Positions 36,190-47,498 of a stretch of DNA of 64,000 nucleotides are shown piece by piece. Source of the DNA: Kofleriaceae bacterium (GTDB taxonomy: Bacteria > Myxococcota_A > Polyangia > Haliangiales > Haliangiaceae). Every line of letters begins with the position of its first letter. Within the stretch, counting starts at the first letter, position 1. Location: assembly GCA_015075455.1 (NCBI GenBank), contig JABTUH010000016.1, positions 1-64,000 on the forward strand, given 5' to 3'. The notes beneath the pieces are model-generated. The model was not told the DNA's origin. It was given only the letters and a program-made list of their open reading frames with translations, and ran no database searches. Both the position numbers and the translations under genes were made by a program.

Positions 36190-37100
36190 GGCCTACGCCG
36201 GCGGCGCGCTTGCCGACGACCGCGGGGATGCGGACGCGCGGGCCGACGTGGACCGACAGCCGCTTGACGTTCTTGTAGAACTCGCCGTCGATGACCGGCT
36301 CGAGCGCGCGTCGGTGGTGGCCTCGAGCACCATCGCCCGGCACGGCCGGTCGAGGACGGCGCGGCGCGGGTCGCTGCGCGTCGCCGCGCGCCATGCGCGG
36401 CAGGTTGCGGGCCACCGCCAGCGGCGACGGCGTGCCGACGATGGCGTTGAGCAGGCCGGCCTGGTCGGCCTTGCCGAGGCGAACTTGAGCACGTTGCCCA
36501 GGTTGATCGACATCGAGGCGACGTGGATGCCGGTGTAGTCCTCCGCCCGGCAGGATCGGCGCCGTCGAGGTGATGCGGCGCCCCTGGTCCGGTTGAAGAT
36601 GTGGTCGGCGTAGCGGGCGAAGCGCTGCCCATGCGCGGACGTGGCGCAGGGGCGTCATCGCCACCGGCATCGACATCAGGTCCGGCCCACGACCTTCGCG
36701 ATCGTGCGCGGGTTGGGATCGTGGTCCTCGGTACTTGGAGAAGCGCGCGCCGGCCGACGCCACCGGCGGCCATCGCGCCCAAGCCGTAGGTGCGGCACGC
36801 TCGCCGCGTCGTCGGGGCCGACCTCGACGCCGTCGATCACCATCGAGTCGACCTCGGTCTCCAGCGCGACGCGGTGCCCCGACTCGATCTTGCGTGCGCA
36901 GCGTGGCGAGCAGCCCCTCGGCGCCGTCGCCCATGAGATGCCGCGATCGATGTTGGCGATGACGGATCTCGATCGTGCCGCCGTTGGTCGGCATGGTCGA
37001 GCGGCATCGTCACCGCATCGCTGGCCGGCGAACTCCTCCTCCGCCCAGCACCTCCAGCGCCCATGCGCAGCATCGCAGTGCGCAGGGCGCCGCGTCGCCG
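36190..37100 (-). CDS. Beta-hydroxyacid dehydrogenase family (HIBADH / 6PGDH-like NAD-binding), frame-broken
   Basis: MSINLGNVLKFAS... and ...ADQAGLLNAIVGTPSPLAVARNLPRMARGD (different frames) resemble the C-terminal helical domain of the 3-hydroxyisobutyrate dehydrogenase family. Upstream fragments VIANIDRGIS and SMVIDGVEVGPDDAA also fit. Extent is approximate. Confidence 0.35.
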
Positions 37101-37749
37101 CCGTCCGCCACGCCAGTAGCGCGCGCGCGCGCAGGCTCTCGCGCAGCACCGGCTTGATCGGCTCGACGCCGTGTGCGTCTCGTGGACCTCGCCCATCGTG
37201 CCGACGATGGATCGCAGGCGGCGCGCGCGGTCCGGCCGCCCTTGTTCTTGCGGCTGTTGCGTTGGTGATGACGCGCGATGCGCGCGATTTGCACTCCGTC
37301 TCGGACGCCGCGCCCCGGGTTGCACGTGCGTCCGGGCGCATCGACGCGGTGCGTACGCTACCGGAATCAAATGGCCGCGCCACGCCCTCCCTGCGAAGCC
37401 GGCGCGCGCCGGCGGCGGGCCAGCAGCCCTGGTGCGCGTCACGGCGCGTCCCGATGAAGCCTGGTCAGCGCGGCACGAGCACCGTCACCGGCGACGCGCG
37501 GCAGCGGCACGCGGAACGCGTTGGTGGCCACCGGCGCGAGCGCGGCGTCGGATCGATCGTCGCGGCGTCGCCGTCCAGCACCCAGCGCGTCGGCGGCGAC
37601 GAAGGTGCGCAGCGGCGCGGCGACGCGCACGCCGGCGGCGAGCGGCACCGTCGCCTTGCTGACGAGCACGATCACCTGGCGGGCGCCGTCGCGTCCGGCG
37701 TAGGCCGTCACCCGCTCGACGTCGCTGGTCGTCGCCGCGGCGCTGGTGG

Positions 37750-39400
37750 CGCCCGCCCGGCGCCCGCACCGTCGAAGCTGGTGCGAGATCCGCAGCCCGG
37801 CGCAGCCGGTGAAGCGCTCGCGCGCCGCCGCGGCGTCGAGCCAGATCGTCGCCGCCGCCACACCCGGCGCGGCCGAAGACGCGGAGCACGTCGGGGCTCA
37901 TCTGCGGTCGCGCGCGCGCCGCTGACGTGGTCGCGCCCGCCGAAGTTCCACTCGGTGAAGGCCAGGCGCGTGTCCGGGTAGTGGGCGGCGAGGTCCTCGC
38001 GCAGGGACGGCAGGAGGCGGATGGGCGCGTCGAGGACGTCGTTGCGATCCAGGAGTCCTCGCGGCAGCGCGGCGTCTGCACAGCGAGCCGCGCGGCGCCT
38101 GGCGCGCGGGCGGCCGCGCCCCGACCGTACGCCGCGTCGTCGCGCGATCGGACACCGTCGCCGCGGGCGCTCCGGGTACCAGGCGCCGCAGATCGAGGGT
38201 GGTCGACCAGGCCAGCGCGCCGGCGGCGGCGGTCTCGGCGGCGCCGCGGAGCTCGTCCAGGAAGTGCGGGATGAAGCGGCGACCGCCGGCGTCGGGCGCG
38301 CCCTGCAGGGTGGTGTAGCCGGCGTAGCCGTAGCCGCGACGACGCCGGACGGCGACCGCCGCGCCACGCGTCGCGACGCTGGCGCGGCGAAGCGGACGGT
38401 GCGCTCGACGACGCCAGCTCGCCGTAGGTCACCGGCGCCGGGTGGACGGCGGGGGTGCGTGCTCGACCGCTCGTCGCGCTCGAGCTCGTTGACACCAGCG
38501 ACACCAGCGCGCGGACGTCGCCCACCAGGCCGGCGCGCGAAGTCGACGCCTCGGTCCTCCGTAGACGCGTGTCGTCGCCGAGGTCGCGGGTGGCGCGCGC
38601 GGGCGCGCGCGCTTGCGCGCGACGTTGGCGAAGTTCGCGGGTGCTCAGGTAGTTGCTGCTCGAGTTGCGCACGTCGCCGACGCGCTGCCGCGTCGGCGGG
38701 CGATCGCGTCGCCGTCGCAGCGCGCGGCGTCGGTCGGCGGCGACGTGATCGATGATCGGGCACGGTGATGATGGCGGCGGTGCCGCGGGCGCGGGCGTCG
38801 CCGAGGGCGCGCGGAAGGCTCGGCGCGTCCGGCGGCGGCGACCCGGGCGCGCCGAGCAGGCCGTCGTTCTGGTGGCATGTTCGGCTCCTCGCCGGCGTTC
38901 GACGCGTTGTTCTCCCCGTTGTAGGCGCGGTCAGGCGGTTGCCGCCGCCGGCGCGCACCAGCCGCGGACGGTCGCGGGCCACGTCGGCGCCGCCGTTGAG
39001 CTGCCGCGCGCGAGCGGCGAGATCGGCAGCCGCGCGGTGTCGGTGCGGACGTCGATCGCGACGTCGCGGCGAGCGCGATCGCCGGGCTCGACGAGCCGGC
39101 CGAGCCCGCCGTCGCCCCCGCCCGCGTCGCCGCCGTCCCCGCCGCCACAGCCGCCGAGCCCGACGCCGAGGCCGACGCGCCGAGCTCCGAGCGCGAGGGG
39201 ACGATCGTCGCGCGGCGGACGAAGGCGGGCGGAGGGGCGGGCGGCGCGCCGGCCGAGGATACGCTGGATCGGCTGCTGCGGCCGCGCGCCCGCGCCGCCG
39301 CGCGGACGGACGCGTCGCCGCCCGCTCGTGCGGCCCGCCGCACCTCGCACCCGCGCCGCTGGCGCGCGCGCGAATCGCCGCGCGCGGGCACGTGACGTTC
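37750..39400 (-). CDS. Probable clan GH-A TIM-barrel glycoside hydrolase, frame-broken
   Basis: GLLDRNDVLDAPIRLLPSLREDLAAHYPDTRLAFTEWNFGGRDHVSGA (around 37930-38080) has a GH-A-type nucleophile motif (FTEWN). The rest is split across frames. Boundaries are rough. Confidence 0.3.
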
Positions 39401-39499
39401 GCTCGCGGATCCCGCGCACGGCTTGCGTCGGCGCGCGACCGTCGCTGTTTGCCCTGCATGCCTTGCGCGCCGCGCGCCCCGAGGAGGTCAGATGCGCAC

Positions 39500-40500
39500 C
39501 CGCACCTACGAGCCGATCGCGACCCGTTGCCCGACGGCCGGACCACCGCGTACCCGCCGGAGGACGAGCGGCTGCGGGCGCTCCGCACGGCAAGCGCCAA
39601 GCACGGCGCAGTGGGATGCCGCACGCCTCGCCTGGGGCAGGATGACGTCGATCCCGCGCGCGCGCGAACTTCCCCGACCAGCAGATCCCGATCTACGCGC
39701 ACCGACCTGTGGGGCCGGCCTCGACGGTCGGCAGCGCGCGACCTGCGGCGGCGCACTCGACCTCGTGGATGCTCTCGCAGTTCCTCCACGGCGAGCACGG
39801 GCGCGCTGCTGGCGTCGTCGCAGGTGGTCGTGGCGTGCCCTGGCTCGACGCCAAGCTCTACGGCGCGACCCAGGTGATGGACGAGGCCCGCCACGTCGGA
39901 GCGTCTACGAGCGCTCACCACTGCGGCGCGAAGATCGGTGCGCCTCACCTACCGCATGCAACCCCGAGCTCAAGTCGCGCGCTCCGGCACCGGCCTCGCC
40001 GACGAGCGCTGGGACGTCGAAGTACCGGGCATGCGAGATCCTGGTCGAGGGCAGCTGGCGCTCGCCGCGTTCCAGTTCGTCCACGCCTTCAGGCAGCGAG
40101 CCGCTGCTCACGGACGGCCACCCACCACGTCATGCGCGACGAGGCCGCGCCACGTCGCCTTCGGCGTGGCGCGTCGTCGCTCGGCGACTACTACCGCACC
40201 GAGCTGTCCGAGGCGCGAGCGCGACGAGCGGGTCCGGCGCACCTACGAGGCCTGCCGCCTGATGCGCGACCGCTTCCGCCGCAGCGCGAGGTGGGCAGGA
40301 GCTGGGGCTGCCGGTCGAGCGCTGCGTCGAGCTGACCCTGTCGTCGCCGGCGATGACCGCCGTGGTTCCGCCGCCGCGGCTGTTCTCGCGCACATCGTGC
40401 CCGACGTGAAGAAGCTGGGGCTGCGCACGCCCTGGCTGCGGTCGGCGCGCTTCGGCGAGCTGGCGATCCTCGCGTTCGCACGGCGCCGCCGAGCGCCTGA
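39500..40500 (+). pseudogene. AurF-like ferritin-fold di-iron oxygenase (p-aminobenzoate N-oxygenase family), frame-broken
   Basis: WMLSQFLHGEHGRAAGVVAGG...PWLDAKLYGATQVMDEARHV carries the first ExxH ligand motif. A later HHVMRDEAAPRRL..GDYYRTELSE..DERVRRTYEACRLMRDRF carries the second E..H region, in another frame. Confidence 0.4.
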
Positions 40501-41408
40501 CCCTCACGCCGCCAGCGCCGCCATCAGGCGGCGAGCGGCGGCTGCCGCGGCGCGCGCCGGCGCGGTGGTAGAGGCGGGGGTGAAGACGTGCTCGTGGCCG
40601 CGGGCGTAGGGCAGGACGCAGGCAGCGCGCGCTGCGCGGCGGAGCTCGGCATGCGGCACAGGTGCTCGGGCGCGCCATGCCGCGGCCGATGCCGGCGAGG
40701 ATGGCGGCGCGCGCGGCGGGAAGTCGCTGAGCGCGTCGAAGCGGACCCGGCGCTCGGCGTGATCGGTGGGCAGCGCCTGCCGCGGATCGCCGCCGCGCAC
40801 CGTCACCAGCGCGTGCCGCCTCGAGCGCGCGATCGTCGAGCGGGCCCTTGCGGCGGGCCAGCGGGTGACCCCGGTGCGCCACCAGCCGGGCGCGCAGCGG
40901 CGCCTTCGCGGGCGCCGACCACGCCGGGGGCGACCGCCGGCAGGACCGCCAGCATGAGATCGGCGTCGCGCGCGCGCGAACGCGGCCTCGACCCCGCCCA
41001 GGAACTCGGAGCTGACGTCGCGCCGGCGCCGGGTGGGCGCGCCGGCGGCGCGAGCTCGCCCACCGCGCGCGGGATGGGCGCGTCGGCGCAGACCCCGTCG
41101 TAGACCACGCGCGCGCGCCGGCTCGCGCAGCCGGTGCGCATCTCGACGCAGGCGGCGGCGAGGTCGGCCTCGGCGGCGAGCAGCCGCCGGCAGTGCTCGA
41201 GCACGCGCCGGCCGCCGGCCCTGCGGCGCCGCGCGAGGTCGAGGCGCGCGCGCGCTCGCGTCAGGTCGAGCTCGACCTGGCGCTCGAGCGCGGCGCGCGA
41301 TCAGCCCGTAGCGCGCCGCCGGCCGCTTGCGCCAGGGCGCGGCCGCGCGCACCAGCGTGCCGTGGCGCTCCAGCGCGTCCAGGGGCCCGTCGCGCCTGGT
41401 CGAGGGTG
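40500..41408 (-). CDS. Hypothetical gene divergent from hmgA (frame-broken; possibly the pathway regulator)
   Basis: ATG at 41408 (MNITLDQ...) sits directly opposite the hmgA promoter. Downstream fragments include ARVVYDGVCADAPIPRAVGELA and VLPYARGHEHVF. No family could be assigned. Confidence 0.25.
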
Positions 41409-41410
41409 AT

Positions 41411-41458
41411 GTTCATTCTCCTGACAGTATATGCGCGAGATTTTGTCCTATCTCCCGA
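41411..41458. promoter_or_regulatory. AT-rich divergent promoter with direct repeats TCTCCTGACAG / TCTCCCGACAG upstream of hmgA
   Basis: TTCTCCTGACAGTATATGCGCGAGATTTTGTCCTATCTCCCGACAGG is the only AT-rich stretch within kilobases. The two 11-bp direct repeats lie 24 bp apart, between the 41408 minus-strand start and the hmgA start. Confidence 0.3.
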
Positions 41459-42535
41459 CAGGGGCGCCGCGCCACCGTCCGGCCATGGACATCCCCGCGT
41501 CCGCGGCAAGGTCGCGGCCAGGCAGCGGCCGTCGCCCTGCGTTCGAGGGCACGGTCGAGGGCGTCGAGTACGCGCGCGACGGCTTCGCCGGCCGCTACGC
41601 CCACCTCTGCCGCGCCCGGGCGCCGGTGGCGTGGTCGCGCATCGAGGGTCCGCGGTCGGCCCCGCGCCGCGACACCGCGCGAGCTCCCGCGCCCGGCCGA
41701 CTACCTCGGCCGCGCCCGCTGCTCGAGAACGCCGACCTCCGGCTCGGTCGTCGCCACCGTCGACGCGCCGATGCCGTACCTGTTCGGCGCGCCGACGGCG
41801 ACGATCGCTCCTGTTCGTCCACGCCGGCGCCGGCCGGCTCGAGACCGACTTCGGGCGCTCGCCTACCGCGCCGAGGGCGACTACCGCGCTGGTGCCGCGC
41901 GGCACCGCCCACCGCCTGGTGCCGACCGCGGCCACCCGGCGGCTGATCGTCGACCGCGCCGGCGAGCGCGGGTGCCTGAGCGCGGCTCGCTCGGCCAGCA
42001 GCGCGCTGTTCGACCCGGCGGTGATCGAGGTCCCGACCCGCAGCGGCCGCAGCACCCTGGCCGCCGACGCCGCCGGCGAGTGGCAGGTGGCGGTGCAGCG
42101 CGACGGGCGAGCTGACCCGCGCGTCTTCGACCGCCACGACCCGCTCGACACCGTGGGCTGCGAAGGGGCGCGGCGCTGGCGCCGCTGCGCCTCAACGTCG
42201 CCGACATCCGCCCGGTGCTCAGCGAGCGTTACCACCCGCCGCCGACCGCCCACGCCGCGTTCGCGGCGCTCCGCCGCCGTGGTCTGCACCCTTCCTCGCC
42301 CCGCCCGCTCGAGACCGGCGATCCGCAGGCCGCTGCGCGTGCCCTTCTACCACGCCAACATCGACCGACGACGAGGTGCTGTTCTACCAGCGCGGCCAGT
42401 TCTTCAGCCGCGGCGCGCGGCATCGCGCCGGGATGGTCACCTTCCACCCCCAGGGCATCCACCACGGCGCGCGCGGCCGACGCGCCGCCGAGCGCGCCGC
42501 GACCGCCACCCGCACCGACGAGATCGCGCCGTGAT
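41431..42535 (+). pseudogene. hmgA: Homogentisate 1,2-dioxygenase, split over three frames
   Basis: GFAGRYAHLCRARAPVAWSRIEGP / LLFVHAGAGRLETDFG...ALVPRGTAHRLVPTAATRRLIVDRAGE / AAGEWQVAVQRDGR...FDRHDPLDTVGCEG / VPFYHANIDR...FFSRGA.HRAGMVTFHPQGIHHG. All match HmgA landmarks (compare SLLFVRSGRGRLETVFG and PFYHRNIDSDEV). Confidence 0.6.
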
Positions 42536-42639
42536 GATCGACACCCGCCGCCCGCTGCGCCCGTCGCGGCGGCGGCGACGCGCCATCGAGCGCCCCGACT
42601 ACTGGAAGGCTGGCGGGAGGAGACGCCGCCCGTGACGCA

Positions 42640-43748
42640 GCGCGACCGCGCCCCACGATCCGAGCGACACGCGCTCAGCCCCTGCGGCCTCGAGGGCGCG
42701 GCTTCGTCGACGCGCTCGCCGGCCCCGACCCCGATCGCCCGCACCGCCTGCTGGTGGCGTTCGGCTTCTCGCGCACGATGACCCACCGCGCGGCGGGCCG
42801 TCGCCTCTACCAGCAGGGCGACATCACCTTCCTGCTCCATCGCGACGATCGCGGCGCCGCCCGCTTCGCCGCCGCGCACGCGCCGTGCAGGCCGCCATGG
42901 GCTGGCGGGTCGCCGACGCCGACGCCGCGGCCCAGCTCGCGGCCGCCCGCGGCGCCCGGCTGGTCGAGGGCGAGCTCGCCCGCGGCAGCGAGGTCGTGCC
43001 CGCCGGGTCAGGGCATCGGCGACAGCCTCCTCTACCTCGTCGACGGCTGGCGCAGCCCGCAGCGCTGGGCGCGCCTCGGCTTCGTGGCCCACCCGCGGCC
43101 GGTGCCGGTCTAATCCAAGGGCTTCCGCGCCATCGATCACCTCACCAACAACGTTCCGCGCGCGGCACCCGCGACCGCTGGGCCGACTTCTACCGCGGCG
43201 TCGGGCGCTTCACCGACGTCCGCTACTTCGACATCCGCGGCGCGCGCGCACCCGGCTGACCTCGTTCGCGCTGCGCTCGCCCGACGGCTCCCGCTGCATC
43301 CCGATCAGCGAAGGCGCCGGCGGCGGCGGGGAGCGGCGCGCGGGGAGGGCGCCGGCGCGCTGTCGCAGATCGACGAGTACCTCGTGCAGTACGGCGGGCC
43401 CGGCATCCAGCACCTGGCCTTCCTCACCGACGGCATCCTGGGCTCGCTGCGCGCCGGCTCGGCACGCCGATGCGATCGGACCCTCGACATCGACGACGAG
43501 TACTACCGCACGGTCTTCGACCGCGTGCCCGGCGTGCGCGAGGACCGGGACGAGCTGCGCCGCCGCAACGTCCTGGTCGACGGCGACGCGCAGGGCTACC
43601 TGCTCCAGATCGCGCGCCGCAACCTGATCGGCCCCATCTTCATCGAGATCATCCAGCGCCGCGATGCCACTCGTTCGGCGAGGGCGACTTCGGCGCGCCC
43701 TTCCGGTCGATCGAGCGCGACCAGCAGCCGCGCGCCGTCTTCACCTGA
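42640..43748 (+). pseudogene. hppD: 4-hydroxyphenylpyruvate dioxygenase, split over frames
   Basis: GFVDALAGPDPDRPHRLLVAFGFSRTMTHRAAGRRLYQQGDITFLL / AMGWRVADADAAAQLAAARGARLV...GIGDSLLYLVD / WADFYRGVGRFTDVRYFDIRG / VQYGGPGIQHLAFLTDGI / DDEYYRTVFDRVPGVREDRDELRRRNVLVDGDAQGYLLQI..IGPIFIEIIQRRD...FGEGNFGALFRSIERDQ. Stop 43746-43748. Confidence 0.6.
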
Positions 43749-43794
43749 CGCGGCGCGAGCGCCGTACGGGGCCCGCGCCGGGTCAAGATCGCGG

Positions 43795-44560
43795 CGTGCG
43801 AGTCGCGATCTGGGTGCTCGTCGCCGGCGCGTTCCTGGCCAGCGTCGGCGTGTTCGTGCCGGCGGTGCGCGTCGAGGCTCATGGGCCGCGCCGGCCAGCA
43901 CGACGACTCGTTCTGCGCTGGCACCGCGGTCGCCGACGCGCTGGCGACAGCGTGCGCGCGCTGCTCGCCCGCTACCAGGGCTCCACGGTCAAGCAGGTCG
44001 GCACCCGGGTCCTGGGCAAGGTCGCGCCTCGCCGCGCGGGGGGCAAGACCCGATCGGGCGTCGACGCGTGCAGGCGGTGGCCGGAGGTCGACCCTCGAGG
44101 ACATCTCGGACGACGACCTGCGCACGATCGGCACGGTCACCACGGTCACGCTGTGGACCCTGCTCGGGCTGTCCGCGGTCGTGATCGTGCTGGCCTTCCC
44201 GGTCAACGCCGGCACCCGCCGCCTCCGGATCGCCGGCGTCGTGGTCGCCGCGCACCCTGGCCGCCGCCATCGGCGTCGCCATCCACCTGCGTGCTGGCGC
44301 GGGTGGTGGCCGAGGTCAGGTCGAGCTCGAGCCGGCGCTCGTCACCCTGCGCACCGCCGCCTACCTGATCGCGGGCGCGATCGTGCTCAGCCTGCTCGGC
44401 GCGATCGCGCTGGTCGCGACCTACGCCCGCGCCCGCCGCGAGCTGCGCCGCGTCGCCCGGGTCGGCCTGGGTGGCGCCTCGCGCGCGTGCGCCGCCGCCG
44501 GGCGAGCCACCGCCGGCCGCGCGCCACCGCCCGGGCGCGCCACCGCCGCGGCCCGTCAGC
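43795..44560 (+). CDS. Hypothetical membrane protein (frame-broken)
   Basis: VRVAIWVLVAGAFLASVGVFVPAVRVEAHG ... LEDISDDDLRTIGTVTTVTLWTLLGLSAVVIVLAFPVNAGTRRLRIAGVVV ... LITARAIVLSLLGAIALVATYARARRELRRVA. Transmembrane segments lie in different frames. Confidence 0.35.
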
Positions 44561-45354
44561 GGCCGTGAAGCGCGGCTCGCGCTTCTCGAGCAGGGCGGCG
44601 ATGCTGGCCGCGGCGGCGTCGGCCGTGGCGACCGACTGCGCCTGGGCGAAGGACTCGAGGTAGGCGGCGCCGCGCGGGTCCCAGCCCAGGCCGCGGTAGA
44701 GCGCGCGCTTGGTCTCGCGCACCGCCGCCGGCGCGCTGGCCGCGATCGCGACCGCCAGCTCCATCGCCCGCGGCAGGACCTCGTCGGCCGGCACCGCCGC
44801 CGACAGGAGCCCGAGCTGCTCGGCCTCCCTCTCGCCGTCGACCAGGCGGCCGGTGAACAGGAGCTCGGCGGCGCGCGACACGCCGACCAGCGCGGCAGCA
44901 GGTAGCTGATGGCCATGCCGCCGCTTGGGCCAGCCCCAGGCGCGTGAAGCGCTGGCGCCGTCTTCGCGCCGCGCGCGCCGATCGCGGAGGTCGCAGCACA
45001 TGGCCAGGCCGAACCCGCCGCCGACGGCGTGGCTGGCGTTGAGCGCGCCGATCACCGGCGCGCGCCACGTCCAGGACCGTGCAGGAACGGCTGGTACATG
45101 GCGAAGCTCTTCTCGCGGGGCCTGCCGCCCCCTCCTCGCGCTGCAGGACCGACCTGAAGTCGGCGCCGGCCGGAACGTCGCGCCGCTGCCGGTGATGACC
45201 AGGCAGCGCGCAGCTCGGCGACCGCGCGCGCGCGCGCCACCGCCTCGCCGAACGCGTCGAGCAGCTCCGGGCCATGCTGTTGCGGTTGGCGGGGCGATCG
45301 AGGGTGATGACCCCGATCGTCGTCGTGGAGCTCGAAGCGGACGGCGGCGCTCAT
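44550..45354 (-). pseudogene. Enoyl-CoA hydratase / isomerase (crotonase) family, two frames
   Basis: MSAAVRFELHDDDRG...GPELLDAFGEAVARARAVAELRA / CLVITGSGATF / PVIGALNASHAVGGGFGLAMCCDLR...ELLFTGRLVDGEREAEQLGLLSAAVPADEVLPRAMELAVAIAASAPAAVRETKRALYRG. Confidence 0.55.
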
Positions 45355-45799
45355 CGGCGCCGAGGCCGCGGCGAGCGTCGCGCGCCGGCGATGCGGCATC
45401 ACCGCCCGGGCGTCGGTCGGCGGCGTCAGTCCGCCGCCGGCACGCGCAGCCCTCGACCTCCAGCCACGCGAGCTCCGGCGCGCGCTCGCCGTCGCTGGTC
45501 AGCTCGACCCGGTACTGCAGGTAGCCGGTGGCTCGACGGCCCGGCGGCGTCGCGCCGCTGCCGTCGGTGAGCGGCGCCGACCACGGCTCGGCCAGGCACT
45601 CGGCCGCCGCCGCATCGTCCGCACCCGCACCGCCACCCCGCCGTCGGGCGGCGATCAGGCGGGCGCCGAACCGCACGGCGTCGAGCGCGGTCACGCCGTC
45701 GCCCAGGTCGCGGACCAGCGAGGTGTACGCGGCCGTCCGCGCCACCTGCTCCGCCGCCCGCCGGCCAGGTGCACCGCGAGCTGGACGTCCTGCAGCGTG

Positions 45800-47305
45800 C
45801 CGGTGTTGCCGGTGACGTTGTCGGTCACCCGCACGGTCCAGGTGCCGGCCGCCGGCAGGTCCGCGGACTCGGTCGGGTCGCGAGCGGGCGCGCGCGTGCG
45901 CGTCGCCACCGTGCCTGTCCGAGTTGTCGCGCAGGAGCGCGCGTTGCCGCCGGGGTGGATCAGCCGGGAGCTCGAGATCGGCGATGCGGTCCGGTTGACG
46001 GTGACGATCACATCACCTCGCGCACGGTCGCCCCCGGCAGCCCGCCCGCCGCTCGACCTTGGCCTCGGCCTCGCCGTTGTCGGGCACCGGGTAGTCGATC
46101 GGGTCGAACGCGGTCTCGAGCCGCCGCCGCCGCGGCTCGAGCGGGCGCAGCCGGGACGCCGGCAGCTCGCCGGTCAGCCCGGGGGCGGGGCCGCCGGCGC
46201 ACCCGCGCGCCTCATGCGGGCGTTGCCGTTGTTCTCGTTGTGGTCGAGGACGAGATCGTTCCAGCGCGCGACCAGCTCGACGTCGACCGTGCGATCCGCG
46301 CGGCCCCGAGAAGAACCGTCGTCGCTCACCCGCTCGCCGTTGACGCCAGAGGCGGTGGCCGTCGTCGGACTCGAGCGCGGACGCGATAGGTCCCGGCCGC
46401 GATCGCGCAGAACTGCCCCGACCAGCGCAGCGACCAGCTCGGATCGCCGGGGCCGCGTGCGGCCGAGCGTGTGGCGCGCCGGCGCCGGCCGCTCGAAGCT
46501 GGCGTCGACCAGCGGCGCCGTCGCGAGATCGTCCGCTCCGGCAGGCGCTGGAAGACGGTGGGTCCCACGCCCGGCCAGCACCGTCCCTCGCAGGTGATCG
46601 ACGCGGGCGGCGCGGCGCGCGGCCCGGCGAGCGGGACCGGCGTGGGGCTCGTCCTGCCGGATAGAGCTGGACGTCGAAGCGCGCGCGGCGCGCCGATGCC
46701 CTCGACCACCGCCAGCCGGATCGGTGCCAGCGCCTCGGTGGCGGCGGTGAACGTCCCGGTGCCGCGCCGCGATCGCGCGCGTTGACCACCCGGGTGAAGG
46801 CGCCGCCGGCGGGGCGACGCTCGACGAACCCGGTGTCGTCGGCGTCGACGACGAACGTGGTCGCGCCGGCGTCGAGTCGGCCACCTCGCCCTCGGCCCAG
46901 TAGGTCGGATCAGGTGTCGCCGGAGTCGAGGCCGACGCCGACCGGATCGCCGACGAGCGGCCAGGCCACGCCCGTTGTCCCGCCGGCGGCCGCCCGCTGC
47001 GGACGTCGGTCCAGGTCGCGGCGTCGGCCTCGGTGAAGCGCTGGGTGTTGGCGGCGTCGCGCGATCAGGCCGCCGGCGTGGTAGGCGGCCGGCGCCAGCG
47101 CGCCCCACGGCTCGATCACGAGCCCGTCGCGGACGGCGCCGACCACCGCGAAGTGCTCGAGCGAGTCGTCGCGGACGACGACGATCCGGTTGCCGGCGTC
47201 GTCGCGTCCGGCGTCGACCTCGACCCCCCCGCGCGCGCCGACGGCGAACGAGCAAGCCGCGGTCAGGGCCGCCAGCGTCCACGCGCCCGCCCCGCGCTGC
47301 GCCAC
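45800..47305 (-). CDS. Secreted hypothetical protein (frame-broken)
   Basis: ATG 47305 opens [82 protein letters not shown] (signal peptide plus sensible sequence). Downstream fragments include [49 protein letters not shown] and [24 protein letters not shown]. Confidence 0.3.
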
Positions 47306-47498
47306 CGCGACGCGACAGGCGACATGTCCGCCATTCTCGCGCGCGAGCCCCGCCCGGTGACAGCTGGCGAATGCGCGTCACGATCTGGCCGGCGACCGGC
47401 GGTGAGCGCGCTCACAGCCCGCGGACCGCGGCGATCGACCCGCCGACGTCGGGCAGGCCATCGGGCCGGCCATCGGGCCGGCCGTCGGGCAGCGCCGA

